Of a stretch of 64,000 nucleotides of DNA, positions 26,639 to 39,268 are shown in pieces. The translations under genes and the position numbers were made by a program. Positions within the stretch are counted from its first letter, which is position 1. Every line of letters starts with the position of its first letter. This DNA is from Thalia democratica (taxonomy: Eukaryota): NCBI GenBank assembly GCA_965202585.1, contig OZ241830.1:28706001-28770000 (forward strand). Direction: 5' to 3'. The notes below the pieces were generated by a model, which was given only the letters and a program-made list of their open reading frames with translations, was not told where the DNA came from and made no database searches.

Positions 26639-27616
26639 CAGGGTTTCCACTTGGTCAGGAAAAGTCAGGAAATCAGGAAAAGTCAGAAAAAATTAAAAAA
26701 AATGACAAAAGTCAGGAAAAAATGGGTGGTTTTGGAAAAAAGTCAGGAAAAGTCAGGAAATTTGATAAAATTAAAATAAAAATTCAGATTTTGTCAGTTT
26801 AAGTTTACAAAATTCCTTGTTTTCCAAAAAGGTAAAAATTAATTAAAAGTCCTTTAAAGTCAGAAAAAAATTCCAAAATTTTCCTAGAAATTTACAAAAA
26901 TATTTAATTTTATTTCCAATGCCTTCACCTGGTATAAATTAGTAAAATATCCTTTATAAAACTGCAAAACCTTTCTATTAACATATTAAACAAATACCCT
27001 ACTTAAACTAGCAGATTTTGTAAGCTTTTTAGTATTGATGATCTGTAGCAAGGACACTTCAATAGTGAAACTGTGATATATACACAAAAGTTTATCTAGC
27101 ATAATTTTAGAATCAAAGTTTTTTTTGTTTAAAAAATTGAGTTCTTTATAACTAAGCAGTTAGTTTAGTATTTTATGTAACAAGTTAAAGTGTATACTTT
27201 ACCTCTTTATAATTTTTTCAAAGTTGTTTAAATTATAAATTAACTTATAAGAGAGGTATATGCCAAGATTAAGTTTACTTATTATTTGTATTTTTTGTAG
27301 AGTAACTTAAGTTTTGAAAGTAAATAAGAGTATATTTATTTGTTACAAATTTTATACTAAATGATAAGAGAAAATATTTTATACAACATCTATATAGTTT
27401 TCTTTTTTATGTCTTTTTTTTTACAGTTACTTAAGTATATTCTTTTTTAATTTAAGGATTTTATATTAAATAGTTCGGGTAGTATTTTATTAAACTAAGT
27501 AAACAATTTAAAGAAGTAAAACTGATTTAGAAAAGTCAGGAAAATTTTGGTAAAAAGTCAGGAAAAAGTCAGGAAAAGTCAGGAAATTTTTCTTATCTTG
27601 ATCAGTGGCAACCATG
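26639..27616. mobile_element. CAGGG-TIR non-autonomous element (978 bp) with 6-bp TSD
   Basis: Ends are CAGGGTTTCCACT...AGTGGCAACCATG, with subterminal AAAAGTCAGGAA repeats at both ends. CTATTT lies at 26633-26638 and 27617-27622. Confidence 0.85.
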
Positions 27617-27737
27617 CTATTTAAATATAGATGTATATAAGTTTTATTCTTGTACTGTGATATACAAATCTTTTACATAAAATAAATTTTACAGTATTTT
27701 AAATTTGATTCTGACATTGTTTAATATTTTGTATATA

Positions 27738-28148
27738 GAGGGTAGCAAAAAAACCTGGGATTTAAATAATTAGGCTACAAAAACCAGGAAAAACTTTGAA
27801 TTTGAGAAATTAAAAAAAAACCTGGAATTTTAAACAAAAATCAATAGAAAACCTGGAATTTTAAACAACTTTTACATACTAATTAGTAAAACTTTGTTTT
27901 GACACAAAAAATCTATCCTAAAGATATTTTTTTTTGTGTACATCAAAAACTTTACTTATTAAAAAAAAAATTTAATAAACATTAAATATAGTTTAAAATA
28001 TCTTTTCAAATGTCGTTATACTATTTAACACAGTTTTTTTACTTCAAACTTAATTTATAACTAAAAGTAGACCCTAAAGCGTATCTTAAAAACTTAGAAA
28101 AAAATTGAAAACCTTGAGATAATTTGCCAAAAACATTTAGTAACTTTG
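27738..28148. mobile_element. Degenerate member of the CAGGG/AAAACCTGGAA MITE family
   Basis: Body aligns by eye with 3385-3771 and 19140-19490. Ends are eroded and no TSD is visible. Confidence 0.6.
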
Positions 28149-28741
28149 TTTGTTCAATATTTTTTATTTATATATTTAAAATATTAATATATTTTTATTT
28201 TGTATCATAATATATTATTTTGCCTTTTATCAAAAACTTCCATAACTTTATTTTTCATTGATGTTTAGTCATATTTTAATTTATCTTTAATCAAGCATTA
28301 AGTCATTATTCAAAATATAAAAATATTTTTTTAATCTTTTAAATAAATTAATTTAGTTTTTTTGAAATTTTATGGGGGACAGGGTATTAAAAATTTGCTA
28401 AGAAAATATTAAGTTTTACTACAGATAAATTGCTTTTAAAAACTGTTTTACGAATGATTTTGTATAAAATTGATGTATGTCTAAATTTTGTTTAACTAAT
28501 TTATTAACTACCATTTATGTGTCCAATATTAACTTTCTTAATAAGATTTGAATGTTTGTTAATTTTCTTTTATGTCGTTAATGTCTTAGTAAAAAACAAA
28601 CAATTAACGTTATTATTTTAACTAAAGTAAACACTATTTTATGTTTAACGTATTCAAAATCAAAATTTTATACAGCAAGTTTTAATTTTTATTAAACCCA
28701 ACTATTTTAGGCTGTGTAAAATTTACTAAAACAAATTTAAT

Positions 28742-30701
28742 ATGGATGGAGATTTGAGTAAGAAATCAGAAAAAACCTCAATCAAACAATGTGTGAGTGA
28801 TGATCGTATTTCCGTGAGAATACACACTAAAAAGGTTTCTGATAAGGAAGAATTGAATTGTAAGTCACACAACTTAATACTAAAAGTTACCTATTAACTT
28901 TATTCTTATGAAGGTTTTAATCAGCAGTAAAATATTAAACATAACTAATATGCTTTAAAAATATTATAATTAAATAAACCATTTTAAAGTATTTACTTGC
29001 TTTTAGTATTTATATTAAGAATTATTCTTATTAACCTTAACAGTCTCTTGACCATAATGTTTACTACTTTCCTATATTTTATTTGTTACTTATTTAAGCT
29101 ATCTATACATTATTTAGGAAAACATTCTTTTAAAGATCAAAGTAAAAGAAATTCAAAAAATTATACTATTTGTCTATAAAAGACGTAAATTTAACGTAAA
29201 ATAGTTTCTTACTTAGTTAAATGAAACATAAAGTATTTGTAATTTTTAATAATTAAATATTCTATTAGTTTTAAAATAAATTTTAAATCTTTAGTTTAAA
29301 AGTTTTTTTTTCAGCTACCAACAACCAAAAGCCAAAATTAGCATCAAATACACCTCCAGTAGTTACTCCAAACTCATCTCAAGCAGTTGCTCCAAATACA
29401 TCTCAAGCAGTTGCTCCAAATACATCTCAAGTAGTTGCTCCTAATACATTTCAAGTAGTTGATCCAAGTACATCTCAAGCAGTTGCTCTATACACACCTC
29501 CAATATTAGCTCAAAATAAACATTCAGTAGCTGATTCAAATATAGCTCCAGTACTTGATCCAAAAACAACTCCAGTATTAGCTCCAAGTAAAGCTTTAGT
29601 ATTAGCTCCAAATACGTCTCAAGTAATTGCTTTATGTACAACTCCAGCAGTTAATTCGAAAAAAGTTATTACAGAGTTGCTTCAAGTGATAAAACAAAAG
29701 AAGTCTGTCCAGTACTTTTATCGAGAACTTCATAAACGTAATTATTTTATTTCTTTTTTTATTATAAAATTTCTAAATTCTAGTAAAAAGTAAAATTTTA
29801 ATTTTAACTAGTAGCTATTTAGGTGTTCCAAAATTTAGGACTCTCGGAAATTTTTTTGTTTAAAGAGTCTAGCGACGATTTAAAAAAATGTCATCAAATA
29901 TTATCAAGACGTTTAAACAGACGCACCGGGTTCGATCGAGTCTTGTGTGATTAAAAACCGTCAAAAAAGATACGAGCTGAAACAACGCGACGTGCCGATG
30001 ACCTGGGAGTTCGCTGAGAGCTGCTTCTTCGCCGGAGAGATGCACGGATACAGATCTGAAGAGTCGGAGTGGCGGTACGAGGAGGCGAGGGAGAAGAACA
30101 AAGAAGTGTGGCGCGAAATCGAGTCTCAGATCAAGCACGAGGTGTTCGGCATGCCCGCCGAGAAGGAACGGAACACTGGCAAGCTTTTTGTTCCCCAGCC
30201 TATTGAAAGTATGTTTTCGAACATTTTGAACATACTGTAGGATAAGTTGAGTCTGTTAAGGGCCATAAGAGTAATTTAAAAAAAACTATTGGTACGAGTT
30301 ACTGTTATTAATTTACACGGTCAAAAATTATATATTATACCACTAAAACCTCTAGTACAAATTTCTACAAGACTTAGCATTATACAAAAATGTTTACAAC
30401 AGAAGATGCGCGGGTCTTAATGAAGAGTGCTTGGCCCTACCACTACGAAGATGGCATTACAAATTGGGTTTTGTGGTTCGGTAATGTGAATGCAAGCGCC
30501 GAAGAAATCAAAGGATGGATAGAACAATACGCTGAACTGGAAGATTTCGATTTGATTGTTTATGAGAACATAAAATATGTTAAAACAGTTCCAGGCATCA
30601 AGCATTTGCAAATACTGGCAAGAAATACTGTACAACCGCAAAGAGAAATTTACTTTCATTGCGACAGTAGTCAAAACTGCTACATTCAGCAAAGATTCTA
30701 A
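28742..30701 (+). CDS. 4-exon gene (375 aa): low-complexity repeat N-terminus plus a DUF3605 (GIG1/Htc1-like, HIT-superfamily) domain
   Basis: Exons 28742-28859, 29315-29737, 29921-30208, 30403-30701, all joined by phase-1 GT-AG introns (1128 nt, no internal stop). Motifs MTWE..RSEESEWRY..W, SAWPYHYEDGITNWVLW and ENIKYVKTVPGIKHLQIL match my recollection of the DUF3605 pattern (W.E..R....Y; NDWPY...HLVVW; N...KSV....H.H). Confidence 0.75.
29360..29640 (+). repeat. 24-bp coding repeat encoding an APNTSQ(A/V)V-type octapeptide in exon 2
   Basis: GTTGCTCCAAATACATCTCAAGCA-type units are in frame, about 5 clear copies followed by degenerate ones. Confidence 0.8.
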
Positions 30702-31306
30702 AAAAACTCAAAAATAAAAAAAATATTTTGTAGATTTTTAATATTTTGATTGAGCTTTAAGAATGTCTATGTGAAACGTATACAAACTATGTTATTTAAA
30801 GCTTTCGAAGTTTATTAAGATATTTTAAATGAAAAACCACTATAAATAAAAACCAAACATTTACAACAAAATTTTTAATACTAATAAAAAGCTAATTACT
30901 AAATTAAATTTAAAACAGCTTTTATCACACTAAATAAATAACATTCTTAATTAATATAAACATTTAAAACAAATAAAGGTATTATTTATAAAATTAAATC
31001 TAAAAAAAGATTTGTAAACATTATAAACAGCTAAACTGCATAGAAAAAAAGACATATTTTATTACAACCGGGTTATCATTAAAAATATGTTAATAAATGA
31101 CGAAAGCTTTGAATATTAAAGTTTGTAATTTTTGACTCAGACACTGACTTTCAAAGTTGTAGAGCATCTTTAAAAACTTAATTATCATCTACAACTGTCT
31201 GAAATATTTGAAATTTGAATTTGTTTTTTCATCTCGTATTTTAAGGCTACTTTGAAACTAAATTTATTTTAATTGCGTTTTACTCGAATAAAAATACATT
31301 CATTAC

Positions 31307-31421
31307 CAGACTTGGTAAAAAGCACTGTATTTAGTGTTAAAATTTACCGGCAGTAGGATTTAAGCTATCTTATCTATCAAAGCCGTGTATTTTTTAACAC
31401 TAGTGCTTTTTACCAAGTCTG
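31307..31421. mobile_element. 115-bp MITE-like element
   Basis: Perfect 20-bp TIR CAGACTTGGTAAAAAGCACT/AGTGCTTTTTACCAAGTCTG. No TSD recognisable. Confidence 0.6.
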
Positions 31422-34400
31422 CTATAAATAGTAGAAAAATAAAATTGTGTTATAGATTTTACTTTTATCGAATTTTATTTAATATTGTTGTACAAAAATA
31501 GCTTCTTTGATAAGTTTTTACTCTTACTTTCTTTCATTCGCAGTATATTTTTCAACAATTGCAATAACGACATCTTTTTGGTAATTTCGGGAATAATTTT
31601 GGCAATAACTAGTAAGGGAGCGAAATTGTAAACTGTTAGTATAACTAGTAAAGAGGCAATGTCTAATAAAGAGTGCGATTATTTTGAAGTTTGTGCCAAG
31701 TGGGCAGTTAAAATAAATAAAGTTTTAAAACGCTGATCTTCAATGTACTTCATCTTTTGTTGTAATAATTCGTTCGGACAAAATGTAATTAAACTCAAAC
31801 GTTGTTTAAGCATATCCATTTTGTTTTAAAAATTGCTTTGAGAATATTAAAAAAATATCATTAGCTCTAAATAAATTGCTTTTGAAGTCAAATAATAAAG
31901 TTTAAATCTGTTTTTGTCATAAATATTTTACTAAAAAATAAGTATTAGAAAAATATAATCATTATAGAAAACTAGAAAACGCTGATCTTCACTTTCTCAT
32001 TTAATGTAATAATTCTTTCGGAACAAGTTTATCAAACGGTTTTTTGTATATCAATAATATAAAGAAATTTTTTTTAGACCATTTGAACAAAATTAACAGT
32101 TCTGATCAAATTTGTTTTATTAAATATAATTTTACCGTAAGGTTACATTTATAATTCAGCATTTAAACAGTAATCTTATATTTTTTAGCATTAAAATATT
32201 ACATAACAGAAAAAATATTCAAATCTCTTTTGCTTGAGATAAAATGATTTTAATAATACTTAAAGTGACTAGGTTTAACAGCAACATGTGAAACGAAGTT
32301 TAAAATAAAATATATAGAATAAGTTTTTTAACAATACAATAAAGTTTGTAACAACAAATGTTACTATTGTGAAAGAGCTGCCTTATTTATTTAAAATATA
32401 AAAATTATAAAACTAATAAGAACCAAATATTAAAGGTAGTACTTGGGTTAAAAAATAGACGTAAATAAGCAAAATTGCCAGAATTTCTGTTTTTCTTCAT
32501 CTAGCTAATATGAATGCATTAACTTTCTTTTGTAAACCAATATGCGTCTAGTCTTGACCAATAAAATTACTTAAGCTTAAGAGGCTTGCTAAATGATGAG
32601 TGTGGTTGAAAAGTTTTGAAACTACTTGTATTTTATAGAACCGCAGACACAACCAACTTTTTATTTCTTTAGTCTTTAATCGTATATTTAAGCAACGCTT
32701 TCAAATAAGACTAAATAGTTTTAAAATCAAAATAAGTACTGACAAACTTTACATAGCACACGAACAAACTAAACATTACAAAATAATATCATTTAAAAAC
32801 TTTTAATTTTTGAAAAAAAAAAGTATACAAACTAGAACTAAACAGAGAGTTTAAAAGAAAGAAGCTGCTAGTAGAAAAATAATATGTGTAATAAAGAAGC
32901 ATGAAAATTAGTTCCAAACTCAGAACTAAATCTCTATTTAAATTCATTGTTACTTTTATGCAGGCGTAGTTGTTTGTGTGATAAACTTTTAGGAGACATG
33001 GTCAATGAAAAAAACATGTTTGATTTTTATCCGCAAGCTGTCGTTGCTGGATACATTAAATCCTCGTTTTAAAATAACTTTTGAAATAAATAAAAACAGT
33101 TTTAAATTGATATGAAACCGGAGAATTAATCATTTAGAAATACCTGTTTTTATATATTTTATATTGTTTTTATGGGTAACATTTTGAATGTCAGGTTCAT
33201 TTCTAAAGTTTGCCTTTGTTTTTACCAGTCTACACATGTCTTTATTTCTTTTAGCTCATAGTTTTATAAATAACAATATGTAACATAAAAACAATAGTAT
33301 AAAGTTGAAATAAACAAAACGGAGTATTGTTTTTTGTAAAACTGGAATAAAAACTTTAGTTAAACGAGTAAACAAAGACAATGGATGTTTCCCTTATTTA
33401 AATATTCTTTTCTTATTTTAGTTTACTATATAATTTATTAAACAGTTGTTAGGAAAATTTATATATGAGTCGAGTAATTTAGATGTCTGTATGATTAAAA
33501 AACTTTGCGCTGGTTGTAAAATTTTTAGTTAGAGCTAAAAATACTCAGAATATTTTTTTTCAAGTGAAATGTTAATTTAAACTTTCCTTATAATCATTTA
33601 TGAAGCTTTACTGTTGATTTTATTACTGTTGTGGCACTTTTCAAACACCTTTTAAAGTTGGTATACTGCAAAACCATTACACAATATATTCTCTTGTATT
33701 TTTAAAATTTGTTATATTTTACTGAACTTAAAAAATTTAACGATTATTATAGTTATTGCTGTTCAAAATTAAGGTTTTATAACTTTTCTCGGATTTCACC
33801 CAGTTTATACACATAATCTAAAATTCTGAAAACAAATTTAGAAACTTTTTATAAAGATCTATCGAAATTTAAATTAAGGGTTAATGATTTGCCTTTTTGA
33901 AGTTATACTTTAAATTTTGGAAAATAAACAATTAAATAATATACGTACGATTTTTTGTTGTGTCTTCAAAAATTTTTTTGTTTTAGTTTGAACTCATAAA
34001 ATGTTAAGAACTGTTTTTTTTATAGTTTCTACACAAAAATTTGTTAGACCTTAATAAATAATATTAAACCATTATAAATAGTTGTTTAAAAATGATTTAC
34101 AGTGTTTCATTTTAGTTGTATTGCTACTTTGAGGAATTTTGAAAGTTTATAAACCTAAAAAATTAATTAAAAGTTTAAGATATTAAAAACTGTTTTTAAA
34201 GCATAAAATCAAAGAACAAGTCGTCTTTTATAGGAAAATAACACTTTGCCCTGTTTCTCATACAACATTTCGAATAACTGTTGATAACGTTGTACAACAG
34301 GAAATCACATATTTCAAAAAAATATATACAAAACACGCGCTAACATTTATGAATGGTTTAAAATAGTTTGGTATTAAAACAATATTTTTCAAATATAAAA

Positions 34401-36589
34401 AATTTAAACTAATTTAACAGTTTGCCTTAAAAAAACATTTTTAAGAAAATATTATAAGTACATTTGAAAAACTACATAGTTTTTATAAAAACATTTACTT
34501 GCACAAGATACTAGCACTAGCATTTATAAGCGATTACAAGTTCATTAACTATTCGAGCAGTAATCTGTTGATTCTACATCAGCTGTTTGTTCAAAGTTCA
34601 TTTTATTTTATAAAGAATCGTTTGTTGCGGTTTGCTTCATATAATTACTTAAATATTATTTTCTCCTGTGAATTAAACTCTTTTTAGTTTGTTGTTTATT
34701 TATATTGTTATTGATTTAAATAATAAACTTAAAGGTTTTGCATTTTAGTTTTTTTTTGTGCAAATGAAGTTATTTGATTCAAAGGTGGTTGTTTTATAAT
34801 TATAGAATAATGTTTTAGTTCATCATTATAGAATCATTTTTATTACAAAAATAAGCAAAAGTACAGTAGTATGTTGTTTTCAAAACTAGTATTTAAATAA
34901 AAACTGTTTTATTAACAATGTCACAGTACTAATTTTGTTAAAGACAATCTTTTTATTTACATTATAGAAAGCTAAAGTGCTTCAAGTTTTATTACATCAT
35001 CGCACAATAAAAAAAGGGCAGTTATAAAAGATTATTTTCCAAGTTATAACATTTTAACAGCTGTGTGTTTTAAACTTTTGTTTTGTTTACATTCAACGGT
35101 CAAAATGTGTTATAAGGTCAACTTACTTTTGATGATGGACAAAATAAAGTATCAGCTTATGTTTCTTTATATTTAGAAATATCAATATTTAACAGTAAAA
35201 TTAAATAAAAACAAGAATGACAATGCTGTAGTATTTCGAATAAATACAATAAGTATTAGTTACTTTCAAATTTTTGGTTATGAAATTTAAGACATTGATA
35301 TAGCAATCGAATTTTATTGTTTTATGTTAAAGTATTAACTTAAAGTGGTTTTCAAAACATGTTTTGTGTAAAACAAAAATAAGAGCAACTAAAATCTGTT
35401 AAAAAACGAGAAACAAGCAAAAATATAAATGTTGGTACAAGTGTTTATTTAAGTTAAGTTAACTTTGTGCTTAAAGTTTCTAAAAACGAAAAGAAGAAAA
35501 AGAAATTCGCATTTCCTTCAGTTTTTATCTTAACACAATTCAAAATTGTTTGCACCTTTTTTGTGTTAAAGTTTAATAAAAATTGTTTTCTAAAAATTCT
35601 TTAGATTTGACCTTACAAAGCTTCTATAAGCAATACTGCTAAAAACCAGCAACCGTATATATCCAGTTGAATTTTGATAACATATGTGTATTGATTTATA
35701 TACCAAGTGTTTACAAAATAAGCAGTTTCTATTTAAGCTATGAAAATTTAAAGTAATGCTCAGTCTTAAAGTTAGATAAAGTAATTAAAACAATTTATTA
35801 GACTATACTTGTTAAACTAAAACTGAAAATACATAAAGTGTTAAATACTTATAAATTCATTTTTTCAATACACCCAACATGCTGAGTAAAGATCGCCATG
35901 CAAATACCACTCGAGTCCGTATTGCTTCCTGTATACAGCTGCGTCTCACCAGTTGAGCCCACATATTGTCGCCTCAACTGCCATTGTTAAGCTCAATTTA
36001 ATTGCAGGTGGGCTTCTCTCTCATTCTATTCGCGGAATTAAGCGCAAAGGTTACTGGAGACTTTTCCCACATTCAATTTTTTTTTAGTATTTCAAGTATT
36101 TATCACCGAATTTATGATTATATATGTAGTACGGTAGGAGTTATGTTGTTTTTAGTACAAGCAAACAGTATTTTAGTTTTTAAGTGTGTTATTTTTTTAG
36201 TTAGAATAATATTAGTTTTATTAATTTAAATTGTTTATTTTAAGTTTAAGTATAGTTAATTATGAGTTTCATAAACTTTTTTGAGTACAAAATTGTTTAT
36301 TTTAGTTTAAATACTTTTTTTTTTGAAATCTTTTACTTTTTTTTGACAAACGTTAAAACATTTAAACAAAATATTAAACAATAAAAAGACTCACAGTTTG
36401 TTTACGTTCTGCATAGCCATAAACCTTAAAAATAGAAACATTAACGTCAGAAAACAAAAAACAAACAAAAATTTTGAAAATCACCACAAAATTTTTGCAA
36501 TTAAGAAAATACGCAATTGTTTTTTATATTAATATTTACGTTCAACTTTAGGATTACAAATTTACTTTTGAAACAGACAGAAAACAAAT

Positions 36590-37790
36590 ACGGGTACTGA
36601 AAGTTTGTCGAAAACATTTTTTATACATAAGGGAGATGTTAACAACTGTGTCTGAAAATCAAAAATATTACTACACAACAAGCAAATTTTGTATTATCAG
36701 TAAACATTTAAAAGTAAAACATTTTCGCCAAAACAAACAAAGTTTTTAAAAATAATCACAATTTTGTCGCAAATACTTATTAAACGGGTTAAATGTTTAC
36801 AATTATGTCTAACAATTAAAAACATAACTGCACAACAGCTCAACTTTACAATTCAGTAAACATTCAAACATACAACATTTTCGCCAGACAAAAAACAAAC
36901 AAAACTTATACAAATCATCACAAAATTGTCGCAAATAGTTAATAAACAGGTTAAATGTTTATAGTTATGTCTAAAAATCAAAAATATCAATACAAGCCAG
37001 TTAAACCTCATATTTTCAGTAAAACATTAAAAGTAGAATATTTTTTCCAGACAAAAAACAAACAAAATTTGTACAAATCATCATAATTTTGTCGCAAATA
37101 GTTAATAAACAGGTTAAATGTTTATAGTTATGTCTAAAAATCAAAAATATCAATACAAGCCAGTTAAACCTCATATTTTCAGTAAAACATTAAAAGTACA
37201 ATATTTTTCCAGACAAAAAACAAACAAAATTTGTACAAATCATCACAATTTTGTCGCAAATAGTTAATAAACAGGTTAAATGTTTATAGTTATGTCTAAA
37301 AATCAAAAATATCAATACAAGCCAGTTAAACCTCATATTTTCAGTAAAACATTAAAAGTACAATATTTTTTCCAGACAAAAAACAAACAAAATTTGTACA
37401 AATCATCACAATTTTGTCGCAAATAGTTAATAAACAGGTGAAGCGTTCACAATCATAAATAATAACCTAAGGTAGCTACAAAAAAGCTATACCTCATGTT
37501 TCAGTAAACATCAAAACTGTACAACATTATCGCCGAAACGGACATGGAACAAACACTTGTGTTAACAAATCATTAAAAGTTTGTGGAAAGTTGTTAATAA
37601 ACATAGGCTAAGTGTTCACAATCAAAAAATAATCTGAGGTAGCTACAAAAAAGCTATACCTCATATTTTCAGTAAACATCAAAACTGCACAACATTATCG
37701 GCAAAACGGACATTGTGCAAACACTTGTGTTAACAAATCACCGCGAATTTGTCTGAAGTCACCACAAAACAAACAAATCTTGAGAATTGC
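36590..37790. repeat. ~162-bp tandem array (about 7 units)
   Basis: The anchor GTCGCAAATA lies at 36766, 36928, 37091, 37253 and 37416 (spacings 162-163). Diverged units flank these, and a second subtype (GGTAGCTACAAAAAAGCTATACCTCAT) occurs twice at the 3' end. Confidence 0.9.
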
Positions 37791-37899
37791 AAACTGTTTA
37801 CGTTTTGCTCTTGTACGGAAGATAAGCGTGTGTTTGCGCTAGATAGCAAGATAAAACCCATAAGTTGAAAAAAAACCTTAACATTCAAACCGATTCATA

Positions 37900-38480
37900 T
37901 ACTGAATTGGTTCATTGAAGGCAGTTAGGGATAATATAAATGTAGTGTGAAAGCCGTTTGATCCCATTCAGGGAGGGATTTCTGATAAAAGCGTAGAAAT
38001 TTTGTTGAACTTAGTTTGTACTTGAATAGATGATACTGATTTTGTAGATGGTTAAAATGGTTTTTATATGCCTTTTTTGATAGAACACAATCACATTGTC
38101 ATAAATGCATACATTTATATGCAGTTGCTTGTATACTTTTATAGTTTGAACCAGTCTTTGATTCGGTTCATTTAATTTATAGAAAGAGCTTATAACATGG
38201 CAGCCGGTGAAAATTGTGTGAAAATTGATATTTTGTTTTGATACCTCGGGACAGTCACAGTTGAACGATTTCACGTTTGTTTACATAGTGTTAGAATGTC
38301 AAAGCGATTTCTCGCGTACAACTAGCGTTTAATTCAAATCTTTATGGGTGTTTTGTATTTCAGTGTGGTGTTTTTCGGTGTCGAAGTTTGAATGTGAATA
38401 TTTTTTTTCGAGTTTGTTTTTATTTTCTCTCGTTTTTCGAAAGGGCACGGATAAATGATTGCTTGCGGATAGTCTGGTCA
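37900..38480 (-). pseudogene. Decayed coding relic, possibly a non-LTR retrotransposon C-terminal region
   Basis: One frame reads ~190 codons with scattered stops and includes CDCPEVSKQNINFHTIFTGCH, a loose C..C..H..C knuckle pattern like L1/Tx1 ORF2 ends. Confidence 0.3.
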
Positions 38481-39268
38481 GAAATTTTGGTTTATGGTGG
38501 TTTCAGTACATTGTTATTTGTTAAACAGTTGAAACTAGTTTTTGATTTGTATTCCTAAAAATTTTATTTTTTATCCTTTCAAGGTTTAGAGTTGTAAGAG
38601 TTTATTACTTGTAATGTTTTATTTTGACCTCACTTGAAACAATTTTTGTTGGTAAATAAATTTAAGCACTTTTTTTTAGTTCAAGTACTGTAATAAGTTT
38701 ATATACACATTTTATATCAAGCCTAGAGTTGTAAGAGTTCACTACATCGAATGCCAATCATAAACAACATCGTTTATTAATTAAAGTTAGTTAAAGCGAG
38801 TGAAATTCGTACATTAATTAGCAGCTTTGATAGTCTTCCAAGTTGACAACACTAGTTATAAGTGTTCTAAAATTGGTTTACAAAAATAAAATGCTTGTTT
38901 TTTTTAACAGAATTAGTTTAAACTTTTTTAAAGTTTGTCTGTTTTAACTTAAACAAGATTTAAGATTAGTTTAGATTTAGAAATAGACAATAACAAACAA
39001 TTTGAGTTTACTATTATACGTAAGATTTTGTTCAATTAGTATACTTTTATACTTTTTGTACAAAATTAATGAAAATATTAAATAAAAGACTAAAAATTTG
39101 TACAAAAACAGTTTTAAAACTTTATCAAAAAACAAAAAAGCCCAATGAAAGTTTTTATTGGTTTTAAAACGTTTAAAAACTATTTATAACTATATACTTA
39201 ATTTGAAAAGATAGACAGCTTTCAAAATATTTACAATTGCAGAACCATTTTATTTGAAAACATATGCA

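Noticed and set aside
29441-30692. Minus-strand ORFs 29441-29641, 29869-30138 and 30417-30692
   Set aside because: Antisense shadows of the DUF3605 gene exons.
32480-32720. Minus-strand frame that looks protein-like if its many TAA/TAG are read as Gln
   Set aside because: About 8 stops in 80 codons is what random DNA of this composition gives.
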